A stretch of 41,429 nt of DNA from Bryobacteraceae bacterium (GCA_035526665.1 DATLBY010000015.1:1-41429); one strand, 5' to 3'; shown: positions 31,101-40,004, numbered from the stretch's first letter. Numbers and translations: made by a program. Notes: generated by a model from the sequence alone, not told the origin.

Positions 31101-31432
31101 CTAAGAGTGTGGAGCAATACTTCAACACCGCAGCCTTCGTGGATCGTCTCGAACAGAACCCGGCCTCCATCACTGATTTTCGCTTCGGCACTGCCGGCCG
31201 CAATACTCTGATCGGGCCCGGAGTCGCCAGCCTGGATGCATCCGTCAACAAGGCCTTCAAGTGGAAAGAGGGTAGCCAGCAGTTGGATCTTCGCGGCGAA
31301 TTCTTTAACTTGCCGAATCATCCCGTCTTCGGGCAGCCTGGCAGCACGTTGCGTACACCGACCTACGGGGTGATTACCAGCACTCGCCTGGATTCCAGGC
31401 AAATTCAGGTAGCGCTTCGATACAGCTTCTGA
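28136..31432 (+). CDS. TonB-dependent receptor with carboxypeptidase-regulatory-like N-domain (intact, tandem paralog)
   Basis: AGGAG precedes ATG 28136. Signal peptide MHKTVKWVLSALFAFFTISSLAQG, plug LPLNGRNYLQLASLIPGA, and a C-terminal VALRYSF. Confidence 0.9.
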   Translation: MHKTVKWVLSALFAFFTISSLAQGQTGEISGAAFDSSGGVVTGAVITVTNPATNTQRTATSNASGIYNIPALPPGVYNVKIEFTGFSSQTRNGIELQVGQVARIDFTLQVGNVAETVNVTGGAPVLDTETTSVGTVIENRRIVELPLNGRNYLQLASLIPGATTIGPASSQGQQRMGGARNSFALNVAGQRVHFNHYSLDGMENTDPNFNTYLFLPSIDALQEFKVESGVFGAEYGRAIAQINVSTKSGTNQFHGVAFEFLRNSYFDAKNFFARVNPPFKRNQYGGTFSGPVTLPKLFNGKDKLFFMFNYEGLRERRALTQTNTLPDARYRSGNFGFLNKAIRDPLNPGQVFANGIIPESRISPISRKVLNDFFPLPNQAGTGALGLAGNYLNDEGRRTDGDQYTFRADLTAIQNQTFFFRFSQTKEPQYIPSAIAGQGNDVAILGQQGILGHTMVLGANKVNEFKFGMNYFNSRNIQQRAFQRNVVGELGLQGVSQDPLFWGIPVFQISGFANVGECNDCPFVNWNTTFQVSDNFSWTSGKHNVKVGGEYRRLRYNQIGAVVPRGRFSWNGQYTGEPMADMLLGVMSGTEGQVGAPIANFRNTYLAGYIQDTWKITPKLTMNWGLRWEYESPFYDKHDAIVNVDFRWDNSIEPTFVRAGTGDLNEGNPAFPAPPTWKLVRDGRFGRGAGRPDKNDFGPRLGLAYQLTSKTVLRAGGGIYYVRDIGNAVFDIVRNIPFTIRQSETANTLSPNLTWNRLFTQTGAPSFLLINQYGEPTSYVAQWQASIQRELTQNMSLELTYMGSAGIKLRRLASYNLPQPGPGNPNNNRPFPKFNGAFQNMYAAAHSNYHSLQARLQHRFAHGFTLLGSYAYAKSIDNGSGVRTTDGDPLTPMDPDRALWRDRGLSAFDFRHRLTTSFLFEMPFGRGRQFDIINPVVNSIFGGWQLGGILTFQSGFPFSPFCGPGNIQNGAGGWCAPDAIAGANGNAGPKSVEQYFNTAAFVDRLEQNPASITDFRFGTAGRNTLIGPGVASLDASVNKAFKWKEGSQQLDLRGEFFNLPNHPVFGQPGSTLRTPTYGVITSTRLDSRQIQVALRYSF

Positions 31433-31477
31433 TTACGGAGCCATCCGGTTTTGGGCCGCTATCCTAGGGATAGACGG

Positions 31478-32476
31478 ATGCAGATCGATTTTAGTCCCCA
31501 GGGTATCTTCCTTCCGCAAATCGATCTCTGGCTCGATCCACAGGAGCGCTGCCAAAACGGCTGGCTCTCGCATGCCCACAGCGATCATGCCCGCGGCCTG
31601 CACTGCCATGTCATCGGCACCTCCCATACGCTGCGGATCTACCGCTTGCGCTGGCCCGCGGATCCCTCGGTCTCCCAAAACCTGGTCGCATTGGATTACG
31701 GCGAGTCCATCCATCACAACGGAGCGCGCCTGACCGCAATCCCGGCCGGTCACATCGTCGGAGCGGCCCAACTGTTGATCGAGTACGCGAACGAACGCAT
31801 CGTTTATACGGGGGACATCAAGCTCCATCCGCCGATCTGCGGCGCCGCCACCCAAATAGTTCCCTGTGACCGCCTGATCATTGAGTCCACCTTTGGAATC
31901 CCCATCTTTAACTTTCTCTCCCGGGAGCAGGCTGCCGGGCGCATGATTGCTTTTGCCTCTGCCTGCCTCAGTGACGGTGTTACTCCCGTCTTCATCGGTT
32001 ATCCGCTCGGCCGCGGGCAGGAGGCCGTCCACGTCCTGTGTAATGCGGGTGTTCCCACCGCCGTTCACGGCTCTATTGCCAGGCTGATTCCAGTGTATGA
32101 AGCTGCGGGTTATAGTTTTCCCGGTTGGCTGCCCTACGCGGCCCGCGAAACCGCCGGCAAGGCGCTGGTGGTGGTGCCGAACTTTCGTAGCGTGCTGGAG
32201 GCCTCCGGTAAAAATACCCGCTTGGCCTACGTGTCCGGCTGGGCCATGCTCGATAACGCCCGTTCGCGTATGGGAGCCGACGAGTTGATTCCATACTCCG
32301 ACCATGGGGATTTCGCGGAGCTGCTGGAGATCGTCGCAAGGAGCGGCGCCAGGGAAGTGGACGTGGTGCATGGCTATGCCGAGGCCTTCGCGCAAATCCT
32401 GAATCACCGTGGTATTCTGGCGCGAGCTCCGCACGCACTGGCGGCCCGTACCGATCAGGAGATGCCGGAGGGCTGA
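31478..32476 (+). CDS. ligase-associated DNA damage response exonuclease (metallo-beta-lactamase / beta-CASP-like)
   Basis: SHAHSDHARG (HxHxDH motif). It is the first gene of a four-gene cluster with a ligase, a helicase and PdeM. ATG 31478 has AGGGA 7 nt upstream, and a TTG at 31451 is an alternative start. Confidence 0.8.
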   Translation: MQIDFSPQGIFLPQIDLWLDPQERCQNGWLSHAHSDHARGLHCHVIGTSHTLRIYRLRWPADPSVSQNLVALDYGESIHHNGARLTAIPAGHIVGAAQLLIEYANERIVYTGDIKLHPPICGAATQIVPCDRLIIESTFGIPIFNFLSREQAAGRMIAFASACLSDGVTPVFIGYPLGRGQEAVHVLCNAGVPTAVHGSIARLIPVYEAAGYSFPGWLPYAARETAGKALVVVPNFRSVLEASGKNTRLAYVSGWAMLDNARSRMGADELIPYSDHGDFAELLEIVARSGAREVDVVHGYAEAFAQILNHRGILARAPHALAARTDQEMPEG

Positions 32477-34104
32477 TGGATCGCCTCGCACAGACCTGTG
32501 AAGAGGTGGCCAGGAACTCTTCGCGTTTAAAGAAAATCGCCGTCATGGCGGCATACCTGCAGCCGCTCTCCGACGCCGATCTGGCGCGCGCGGTGAGGTT
32601 CCTTTCCTCCGGGCCTATCATCAGCAGCGATCGAAAATTCTCCGTGGGCGGCTCTATTTTGCGGCAGGCCGCCATTGCTGTCACCGGATGGGATCAGGAT
32701 ATCTACAGCCTCTGTTACCGCGAAGTCGGCGATACCGGCGAGACCATCGGCCTGCTGCTGCCTGGACGCACCGAAGGCCGCGTCATGTCACTTGCGGATG
32801 CCGAAATATATTACGCCCGCCTTTACAAAATGCCACGTGCGGCGGACAAGGCGGAGCTCCTCAAGGAGATTTTCGCGAGTCATCTGCCCACCACCATCAA
32901 GTACTTCGTAAAAATGATCACCGGTAACTTGCGAATCGGGCTGCAGGCGAAAATGGTGGAGGAGGCAGTGGCCTCCGCGACCGGAGTTCCGCACGAGAAG
33001 ATCCGCCAGGCCAATAACCGCCTGGGAGACCTGGCTCAAATCGCGCTGGCCGCCCGGCATGGCAACCTCCATCAAATCGAAGCGCGCCTGTTTCATCCCA
33101 TGGACTTTATGCTGGCCCGGCCCTTGGAAGATCTCGATGGCCTGCGCGATCCGGAAAACTACTACATCGAAGACAAATACGACGGGATTCGCTCCCAGGC
33201 ACATGTCGAAAACAAACGCGTCATGCTTTTCTCGCGCGGCATGGAGGAGGTGACGAACGGATTTCCGGAGATCGTTGCCGCCATGAAAACACTCCCCGGC
33301 AGCGCCGTTCTGGACGGCGAGATCCTGGCTTGGCGCGATGGCCACGCCATGGCCTTTACCGTCCTCCAGCAGCGTATCGCGCGCAAGAAAGTAGCGGCTG
33401 CCATGATGGAAGCCATTCCCGTTGTCTTCATGGCGTATGACGTTCTATATTACAACGGCCGGATGCTTGTGGATGCGCCGGTGGAGGAGCGCAGGGCCAT
33501 CCTGGAAACACTGTTGCACGATTGCTTGTCTCCTTTATTGCTGTCCCCACAAGCCCATGCGGAGACTACCGAAGACATCGATCGTGCTTTTGCCCAGGCA
33601 CGCGCTGACGGAAACGAAGGCCTTTTGCTCAAACGCCGCGCCAGCGTATATGAGCCGGGCCGGCGGACCGGCGCCTGGTGGAAGCTGAAGCGCCCCTACG
33701 GAACCCTGGATGTGGTGGTGACTGCCGCCGAGCAGGGGCATGGCAGGCGGGCGGCATCGCTGTCCGACTACACGTTCGCCGTGCGCTCCGGAGAGAAATT
33801 CGTCAACGTCGGAAAGGCCTACTCCGGCCTGACCGATCAGGAGATCCGCGATCTGACCAGGATCCTTCGCGCCGCCACGCTGGAGAGATTCGGCCGCGTA
33901 TCGCTGGTTCGTCCCGAAGTGGTGCTGGAGGTGGCCTTCGATGGAGTGCAGAAGAGCGCGCGTCATAAGAGTGGCTACGCCCTCAGGTTTCCGCGCATCC
34001 TCCGCTGGCGTGCCGACAAGACTGTCGCCGAATGTGATGACCTTGCGCGAGTGAAAGAGTTATATGAAGCCTCTCTGCGCGGTCCCCATCCGGGCCAGGC
34101 ATGA
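32476..34104 (+). CDS. ATP-dependent DNA ligase (ligase-associated DNA damage response type)
   Basis: Adenylation motif I EDKYDGIRSQ, plus EGLLLKR and WWKLK motifs. The ATG overlaps the upstream TGA by 1 nt. Confidence 0.9.
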   Translation: MDRLAQTCEEVARNSSRLKKIAVMAAYLQPLSDADLARAVRFLSSGPIISSDRKFSVGGSILRQAAIAVTGWDQDIYSLCYREVGDTGETIGLLLPGRTEGRVMSLADAEIYYARLYKMPRAADKAELLKEIFASHLPTTIKYFVKMITGNLRIGLQAKMVEEAVASATGVPHEKIRQANNRLGDLAQIALAARHGNLHQIEARLFHPMDFMLARPLEDLDGLRDPENYYIEDKYDGIRSQAHVENKRVMLFSRGMEEVTNGFPEIVAAMKTLPGSAVLDGEILAWRDGHAMAFTVLQQRIARKKVAAAMMEAIPVVFMAYDVLYYNGRMLVDAPVEERRAILETLLHDCLSPLLLSPQAHAETTEDIDRAFAQARADGNEGLLLKRRASVYEPGRRTGAWWKLKRPYGTLDVVVTAAEQGHGRRAASLSDYTFAVRSGEKFVNVGKAYSGLTDQEIRDLTRILRAATLERFGRVSLVRPEVVLEVAFDGVQKSARHKSGYALRFPRILRWRADKTVAECDDLARVKELYEASLRGPHPGQA

Positions 34105-36620
34105 AGTCCTGCGTTCACCAGCTCACTCCGCCGCTGCGGGAATGGTTTGCCCGCACCTTCGAATCCCCCAGTGAGATTCAGTCGAAGGCCCTGCCGCATA
34201 CGCTGGCCGGGCGCCATACTCTCATTCTGGCGCCCACAGGCAGCGGCAAGACTCTCTCGGCCTTCCTCTCCTGTTTGAACGAACTGGCTCTGGAAGCCGC
34301 CGGGCCGGGGCTCCCTAACGCCGTCTGCACTGTTTACGTCTCGCCCCTCCGCTCGCTCGGCCGCGATATTCATCGCAATCTGGAAAGTCCTCTGGCGGCG
34401 ATCAACGCCGCACTGCCACCGGCACGGCAGATACGCATGGAGGTCCGGTCCGGGGACACCGGGTTGGCGGAGCGGGGAAAGCAGACGCTCCGTCGTCCTC
34501 ACCTGTTATTGACCACGCCCGAAAGCCTGAGCGCTCTGCTGTCGCAAAAAGGCTGGAGAGACGGCTTTGAAACGCGCACCATCATCGTCGATGAAATACA
34601 TTCCTTCGCGGAGAACAAGCGCGGATCGCTGCTTGCGCTCACCATGGAACGGCTCGAAGCCAAAGCGCGGCGCAATCTGCAGCGAATCGGACTTTCCGCA
34701 ACGGCTTGGCCCACTGAAGTGATCACTCGGCTGCTTTGCGGCGCCCGCCCGTGCCAGGTCGCCAGCGTCGATGTACGCAAGGCGCATCGCCTGGAAATCG
34801 CCGTGCCTGCCGAGGATGGCTGGCTTCCGCCGGCCGGCTATAACCCCTACCGTGTTGCGCATACCGTGGCGGATCTGGTCGTCAAGGCACAGTGCAGTCT
34901 GGTATTTACCTCCACCCGCTCAGCCGCCGAAAAGCTGGGCCTGGCTTTGCGCGTGCTGCTTCCCCAGTGGGAGGAGCGTATCGGCGTCCATCATGCGTCG
35001 GTGGATCGCGGTTCGCGTCTCGCCATCGAAGCGGGGCTCGCGGATGGAAGCATGAAAGCGGTAGTCTGCTCCACCAGCCTGGAGCTCGGCGTCGATTTCC
35101 AAAGTGTCGATCAGGTTCTGCTGATTGGTACTCCGCGCGGCGTCAGCCGCGCCCTGCAGCGATTGGGACGCAGCGGTCATCGCGTGAACGGAGTAGCCGA
35201 GGGATCCGTAGTGCCTCTCAGCCTGCCCGATGTCATTCAGGCGATCGCCATCCGCCATGCCGCCTCGGCCGGACGTCTCGACACGCTCCGCACTCCAACC
35301 GCGCCATTCGATGTACTGGCCCAGGCGCTGCTCGGCATGAGTATCGAGCATCCCTGGTCCCTGGACGCCGCCTATGACCTGGTGCTCCGCAGTGGCCCGT
35401 ACTCCACTCTCAGCCGCCAGGACTTCAATGCCGTGATCCGCTATCTCAGCGGTGGAGGCAAAGTGCTGGAGGCATATGGTACCTATGGCAAAGTCCTGGT
35501 CCAGGACGATCGCTTCGAAGTCGCTGGTCCCAAGGTGGCTCGCGACTATTACTTAAACGTAGGCACCATCAGCGACGACTATCAGATCCGCATCGTGGGC
35601 CGTGGCAACAACCGCATGGGTGAGGTGGAAGAAAGTTTCCTCGCGTCTCTCCAGCCCGGTGAGGCCTTCACGATCGGTGGAAAAGCGGTAGTGGTGGAAC
35701 GGCTGCTGCAGAACACGGCCACGGTCAGGCCGGCTGCCGGTGAGCGCGTCCAGACTCCGCGCTGGATGGGCGGCAAGCTGTCTCTCACGGCGCGTCTCGC
35801 CCTGGAGGAACTCCACCTGCGGCGCGACTTGCGAATTGCCTGGGAGCGGGGCGGGGCAGCGCACTGCCGCCGCATTCTGTGCACTAAGTGGGGCGCGCAC
35901 CCGGACGTGATTCGGCGTGTGTTGACATTCTTGGACCGCCAGAACAAGGCCGCCCCCATACCCGTGGATTCACCCGTTCAGGTCGAGCGGGTCCGCGAAG
36001 GGCGTGCCCTGTTGATCCTGTTTCATGTTGTGGCGGGCCGCGCGATCAACCGTTCACTCGCCTGGGTGGTGGCCTCTCGCATCGGAGCTGCCGGAAGCAT
36101 CGTCGCCAATCATGACGACCACAGCTTTCTGCTTTCTATAAGTCCGAAGGACGCCCCCTCGGAGGAAACATTGCGGGCCGGCTTCGATCCGCGCGGATGG
36201 CGGGAGGAACTGCAAGCCGTGCTCGAAAGAACCGAGACTCTGGGCCGCAGCTTCCGCCCCGTTGCCGAGACGGGGCACCTGATTCCCCGGCGAACATTTC
36301 GCGGACCCACGCCGGCAAAGTCTTCGAGCTGGAATGCTTCGCTGCTCTACACCACGCTGCGAAAACACGAACCGGATCACCCTTTAGTGCGGGAGGCAAT
36401 CCGTGAAGTGATGGAGGACATGATGGACGTCGGCAACGCCGAGCGCACGGCGCAGCGAATCTTCGAGGCTCCCTGGGAAGTCTTCGATCTGCCGCGCCCG
36501 TCCCCGTTTGCTCTCCCGCTGTTTGCGGCATTCAGCCGCGAGACACTGCTGGCTCAGGATCCGGAACGCGCTCTGGATGAGATGGTGGCGTCCCTTTACG
36601 ACCGCTGGGCCGAGGCGTGA
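34101..36620 (+). CDS. ligase-associated DNA damage response DEXH-box helicase (Lhr-like)
   Basis: Walker A APTGSGKT, DEIH box, and QRLGRSGH (motif VI). Overlaps the ligase stop as ATGA. Confidence 0.9.
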   Translation: MKSCVHQLTPPLREWFARTFESPSEIQSKALPHTLAGRHTLILAPTGSGKTLSAFLSCLNELALEAAGPGLPNAVCTVYVSPLRSLGRDIHRNLESPLAAINAALPPARQIRMEVRSGDTGLAERGKQTLRRPHLLLTTPESLSALLSQKGWRDGFETRTIIVDEIHSFAENKRGSLLALTMERLEAKARRNLQRIGLSATAWPTEVITRLLCGARPCQVASVDVRKAHRLEIAVPAEDGWLPPAGYNPYRVAHTVADLVVKAQCSLVFTSTRSAAEKLGLALRVLLPQWEERIGVHHASVDRGSRLAIEAGLADGSMKAVVCSTSLELGVDFQSVDQVLLIGTPRGVSRALQRLGRSGHRVNGVAEGSVVPLSLPDVIQAIAIRHAASAGRLDTLRTPTAPFDVLAQALLGMSIEHPWSLDAAYDLVLRSGPYSTLSRQDFNAVIRYLSGGGKVLEAYGTYGKVLVQDDRFEVAGPKVARDYYLNVGTISDDYQIRIVGRGNNRMGEVEESFLASLQPGEAFTIGGKAVVVERLLQNTATVRPAAGERVQTPRWMGGKLSLTARLALEELHLRRDLRIAWERGGAAHCRRILCTKWGAHPDVIRRVLTFLDRQNKAAPIPVDSPVQVERVREGRALLILFHVVAGRAINRSLAWVVASRIGAAGSIVANHDDHSFLLSISPKDAPSEETLRAGFDPRGWREELQAVLERTETLGRSFRPVAETGHLIPRRTFRGPTPAKSSSWNASLLYTTLRKHEPDHPLVREAIREVMEDMMDVGNAERTAQRIFEAPWEVFDLPRPSPFALPLFAAFSRETLLAQDPERALDEMVASLYDRWAEA

Positions 36621-37333
36621 TGCGCGCCATGGAGATTAGGCCGGGCGAGATGGCGCATTGCAGTGGTGCGCTCTGGCTTCCCGAAACCCGTGTGGCCATT
36701 GTGGCGGATGTTCATTTGGGCTATGGCTGGGCGCAGCGCCGCCGCGGGCAACTCGGTCCCGTTGAAGATGGCGGCGTCCGCGGAAAAATCCAAGCGCTAG
36801 TCCAGGAGTTAGGGCCCGCGAAGATCGTCTTTCTGGGTGACGTCGTCCACGCCCCTAAGCCCGCTGCCCAGGAGCGGGCGCTGGTGGAGGAAACCCTCCG
36901 CGGCATTGCCGGAACCACGCAGTTGATTATGGTGCGGGGCAATCACGACCGCGCTTTCGCCCACGACTACGCCGGGCTCGGAATGGAAGTGGTCGACTGT
37001 TGGACGGCGCCGGGCCTCATGGCGATTCACGGCGATCGTCCGCCCAGGGAGCGCTCCCCGCGTTCGCGGCTGATATTGGGCCACCTGCATCCGGCAGTCG
37101 GAGTTCGCGACGACGCCGGCGCTTCACAGCGCATCCCGGTATTTTTAATAGGCCCGCAAGCCTGCGTGCTACCGGCCTTCTCGCCCTTCGCCGCAGGTTA
37201 CGACGTCAGGAGTGCCGGCATACCGGCCGGGCTTCGCAATCTCATGGGTGGCGGCTCCGTGGACTGCATCGCCGCAACAGGACGCCGCGTTGTGAAACTG
37301 GGCCCGTTATCCATTCTGCGGCAGCGCGAATAA
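36617..37333 (+). CDS. pdeM: ligase-associated DNA damage response metallophosphoesterase PdeM
   Basis: Calcineurin-like motifs DVHLG, GDVVH, GNHD and GHLH. Both GTG 36617 and ATG 36620 overlap the helicase TGA. Confidence 0.8.
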   Translation: MMRAMEIRPGEMAHCSGALWLPETRVAIVADVHLGYGWAQRRRGQLGPVEDGGVRGKIQALVQELGPAKIVFLGDVVHAPKPAAQERALVEETLRGIAGTTQLIMVRGNHDRAFAHDYAGLGMEVVDCWTAPGLMAIHGDRPPRERSPRSRLILGHLHPAVGVRDDAGASQRIPVFLIGPQACVLPAFSPFAAGYDVRSAGIPAGLRNLMGGGSVDCIAATGRRVVKLGPLSILRQRE

Positions 37334-37337
37334 TCCT

Positions 37338-39899
37338 TTAGCGGCGGTCGTCATCCTCGGTATCCACGGACAGCGGCGCAAAAACACTGTGCTGAATAGC
37401 CGGGTAGGGAGTATTCCACCCTCGCACCGAGCCCCATAAAATGCGGTTCAGCTTTTCCGTGGGCGCGGCATCCGGAGCAGACCAGTTCATGCGGGAGGAC
37501 TGTCTGGCCGCCTCACGGGCGCGTCCCGTTAGGGCTTGCAGCGGCGGGTTCATCTCCAGCAAATCCTGTTTGGGCAGCACCGCATCGTAAGGGGAGAAGT
37601 TCGCCTCCTCCGTAAAGCTCTGGCGCATATCGTTTGCAATTAAGTCGAAAAGCGACATCGTCGGCAGGCCCAGAATCAGCTCGATCGTCTTCAGGATGCT
37701 TTGATGGGAATAGAACGTGGAATCGATATGCCCGCGCCGCGCGTAAGGGCTCGCCAGAAACGCGGTTGTGCGATGCCCGTCCACGTGATCCACCCCGTTT
37801 TGCGCATCGTCTTCCACAATGAAAATCGCCATCTTCGGCCAGAACTTACTGTGCGTCAATGCTTCCACGATCTGCCCTACCGCAAGATCGTTATCCGCCA
37901 CCATGGCCTTGGCGGAGGAGAAACCCGGCGTGGTGCCGGCCGTGTGATTCGACGGCAGTTGGATCAGCATCAGGTTAGGCAGGTTACTCCCGCTCTCATA
38001 TTGCTTCAGATCGGAAAGAAAGATTTGGGCGCGCGTTACATCCGGGATCACCGTGGAATAGCCGGGATAATTCGCCGCCAGAATTTTGCTGAGCGGTTGA
38101 ATGTCGGAGTGCGCCGTCCACTCTCTTCGAAAATCCCCGCCGTTCTTCCAGCGGTTGAGCAGGTCCATCCGCGCCTTCCCCCCCGGTTCCCGCATGCGTG
38201 CGGCGTACTCGCCGTAAACACGCACTGTCCGTCCGCGGGCGAGCGCGTAGTCCCACAGGAATCCTCCTGAGGCGTATGCCATGGGATCGCCGCCGTCGAA
38301 TGGGTAGCTGCGGCCCTGATATCCCGGCCACAGGCAATACTCGGTCTCGTTAGCCTGCGTCAGCCACTGATGGCCGTCCCCGCTGTTCCCACCCGTCGCA
38401 TAAAAATTATCCAGCACCACGAACTGGTCCGCCAGCCGGTGCTGGTTGGGCGTGACCTCCTCGCCGAACATCACCAGCGAAGGATCGCCATTGCCCTTCG
38501 GCAAGTCCCCCAGCACCTGGTCGTAGGTGCGATTTTCTTTGATGATAAAAACAACGTGTTCAATTTTGGATGGCTCGCCCGAGCGGACCGGGATTGCCAC
38601 CGGAGCCGCCTTCGCCGCGGCCGCTGCTCGCACCGGTTCCGGCTCCGCCTGTGCCAGCCGCAGCCGGTTATTTTCTGCCACCGCTGTGGTATAGCTCGCA
38701 AGCTGCGCCTCGTCGGGGAGCGCGATCACCGCCACGGAACCCCGGTTGGCGTGCACGAATCGTTTCCCCGGCGACTCGCGCCACCCCGAGCCCGCTCCGA
38801 GCAGCGCCGAAACCGCCAGCCGCTTTCCCGTGGCATCCAGTGCGAGGCTGTTCGGATACCAGGCGGTGGGAATCAGTCCGCGAATCTTTCCCTGGGACGC
38901 GTCCATCACCGCGATCGCATTAATGCCGCCGCACGCCACGTACAGGGTCTTTCCGTCCAGGGAAATGTCGATCGCCGTGGGCGCGATGCCGCGGACTTTT
39001 TGGGAAAAAGGCTGCACCTCCATCGTCCGCGCCACCGTGTTCTTGGCGGTATCGATCACCGAGATGGTGTCGCTGTTGCCGTTCACCACATACAGCAGAT
39101 GGCGCGCCTCATCCCACTTCATGCCCGTCGGATGGAGTCCTACCGGAATGGTCGCCGTCGCCTCCCCGGTCCGCAAATCCACGCGCGTCACGGTCCCGGT
39201 GGACGCCACGCCCCGGCTGTCTACCACAATGCGCTCTGTCGATTTCTGCGCCGGAGCGGCGAACGCCTCGCCTGTTTTTGGTGGACGCCCCCCTAGATTG
39301 CTGACATACGCGACCGTGCCCTGCGCGTCGATTACCGCGGCGAAGGGCGCTATGCCTGTGGGCGCCTGGTGCATCACCTCGCGATTCGTCAGGTCGATAA
39401 CGGCCAGCCGGTTCTCCCAAACCAGCGGAACAACGGCCAGTTGCTTTCCCTCGCGGTTCTTGTCCCTGGCTACTGCCAGGGCGCCTGGTTGAAAGCTGCC
39501 GAGCCCTTCCACGATGGGCCGCACCGCATTTCCTTCAATGGAAACCAGGCGCGCCTTCCCTTTTACGGCCTGCGAGACGATCGCGTCCCCGGTTGCCGGG
39601 TTTGTTTGAATTCCGGCATTGCCGGGCGTGCCGCCGTGGCTGATGCGTGCCAGTACGCCGTTCCGCACCCAATCCAGCTTGTAGACCTCAGAGGAATGCA
39701 GCACCCACAAGGCATCGCTGCCGGGCACCCAGGATACGCCATAAACGCGTCCCTGGAAAACGGACGGAACTCCCGCCGGCGTGATCGCCTGCCGGGTAGT
39801 AACGACGCCGGGATCCACCACGGCCCTCCGCGGCTGCTCCAGCGTTTGCGCTGCGCCGAAAGAAACAAATAGACAGAAAATCACAATGGAATAGGTCAT
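37338..39899 (-). CDS. secreted fusion protein: N-terminal YVTN/YncE-like beta-propeller plus C-terminal phosphoesterase (PLC/AcpA family)
   Basis: Signal peptide MTYSIVIFCLFVSFGAAQ. Propeller repeats such as YVSNLGG, LYVVNGNSDTISVID and LYVACGGINAIAVMD. The phosphoesterase start signature is HVVFIIKENRTYDQVLGDL. Confidence 0.8.
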   Translation of the reverse strand: MTYSIVIFCLFVSFGAAQTLEQPRRAVVDPGVVTTRQAITPAGVPSVFQGRVYGVSWVPGSDALWVLHSSEVYKLDWVRNGVLARISHGGTPGNAGIQTNPATGDAIVSQAVKGKARLVSIEGNAVRPIVEGLGSFQPGALAVARDKNREGKQLAVVPLVWENRLAVIDLTNREVMHQAPTGIAPFAAVIDAQGTVAYVSNLGGRPPKTGEAFAAPAQKSTERIVVDSRGVASTGTVTRVDLRTGEATATIPVGLHPTGMKWDEARHLLYVVNGNSDTISVIDTAKNTVARTMEVQPFSQKVRGIAPTAIDISLDGKTLYVACGGINAIAVMDASQGKIRGLIPTAWYPNSLALDATGKRLAVSALLGAGSGWRESPGKRFVHANRGSVAVIALPDEAQLASYTTAVAENNRLRLAQAEPEPVRAAAAAKAAPVAIPVRSGEPSKIEHVVFIIKENRTYDQVLGDLPKGNGDPSLVMFGEEVTPNQHRLADQFVVLDNFYATGGNSGDGHQWLTQANETEYCLWPGYQGRSYPFDGGDPMAYASGGFLWDYALARGRTVRVYGEYAARMREPGGKARMDLLNRWKNGGDFRREWTAHSDIQPLSKILAANYPGYSTVIPDVTRAQIFLSDLKQYESGSNLPNLMLIQLPSNHTAGTTPGFSSAKAMVADNDLAVGQIVEALTHSKFWPKMAIFIVEDDAQNGVDHVDGHRTTAFLASPYARRGHIDSTFYSHQSILKTIELILGLPTMSLFDLIANDMRQSFTEEANFSPYDAVLPKQDLLEMNPPLQALTGRAREAARQSSRMNWSAPDAAPTEKLNRILWGSVRGWNTPYPAIQHSVFAPLSVDTEDDDRR

Positions 39900-39950
39900 T
39901 AGTTGCCGCAAGTGTATCTAAGTAGCATAGCCTGACGTAGGTGCGCCCTA

Positions 39951-40004
39951 ATCCCATTCTGCCCCTATTCTGTTAAAGACAGATGAAGCCTGCCACGCGC
40001 ATGG
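39951..40004 (+). repeat. direct repeat copy 1 (54 bp)
   Basis: ATCCCATTCTGCCCCTATTCTGTTAAAGACAGATGAAGCCTGCCACGCGCATGG matches 41321-41374 at 52 of 54 positions. Confidence 0.9.

Noticed and set aside
31380-31477. LexA box upstream of the ligase-associated operon
   Set aside because: I found neither CTGT-N8-ACAG nor the GTTC-N7-GTTC direct repeat reported for Acidobacterium and Alphaproteobacteria. Only the unrelated small palindrome CTATCC-tag-GGATAG is present.
31433-32491. 352-aa minus-strand ORF
   Set aside because: It is antisense to the MBL exonuclease, whose plus-strand frame carries HAHSDH and fits the four-gene operon. I recognised no motifs in the minus frame.
38370-39492. Two long plus-strand ORFs (308 aa and 248 aa)
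   Set aside because: Both are antisense to the propeller-phosphoesterase gene and have Arg/Pro-rich, low-complexity translations.
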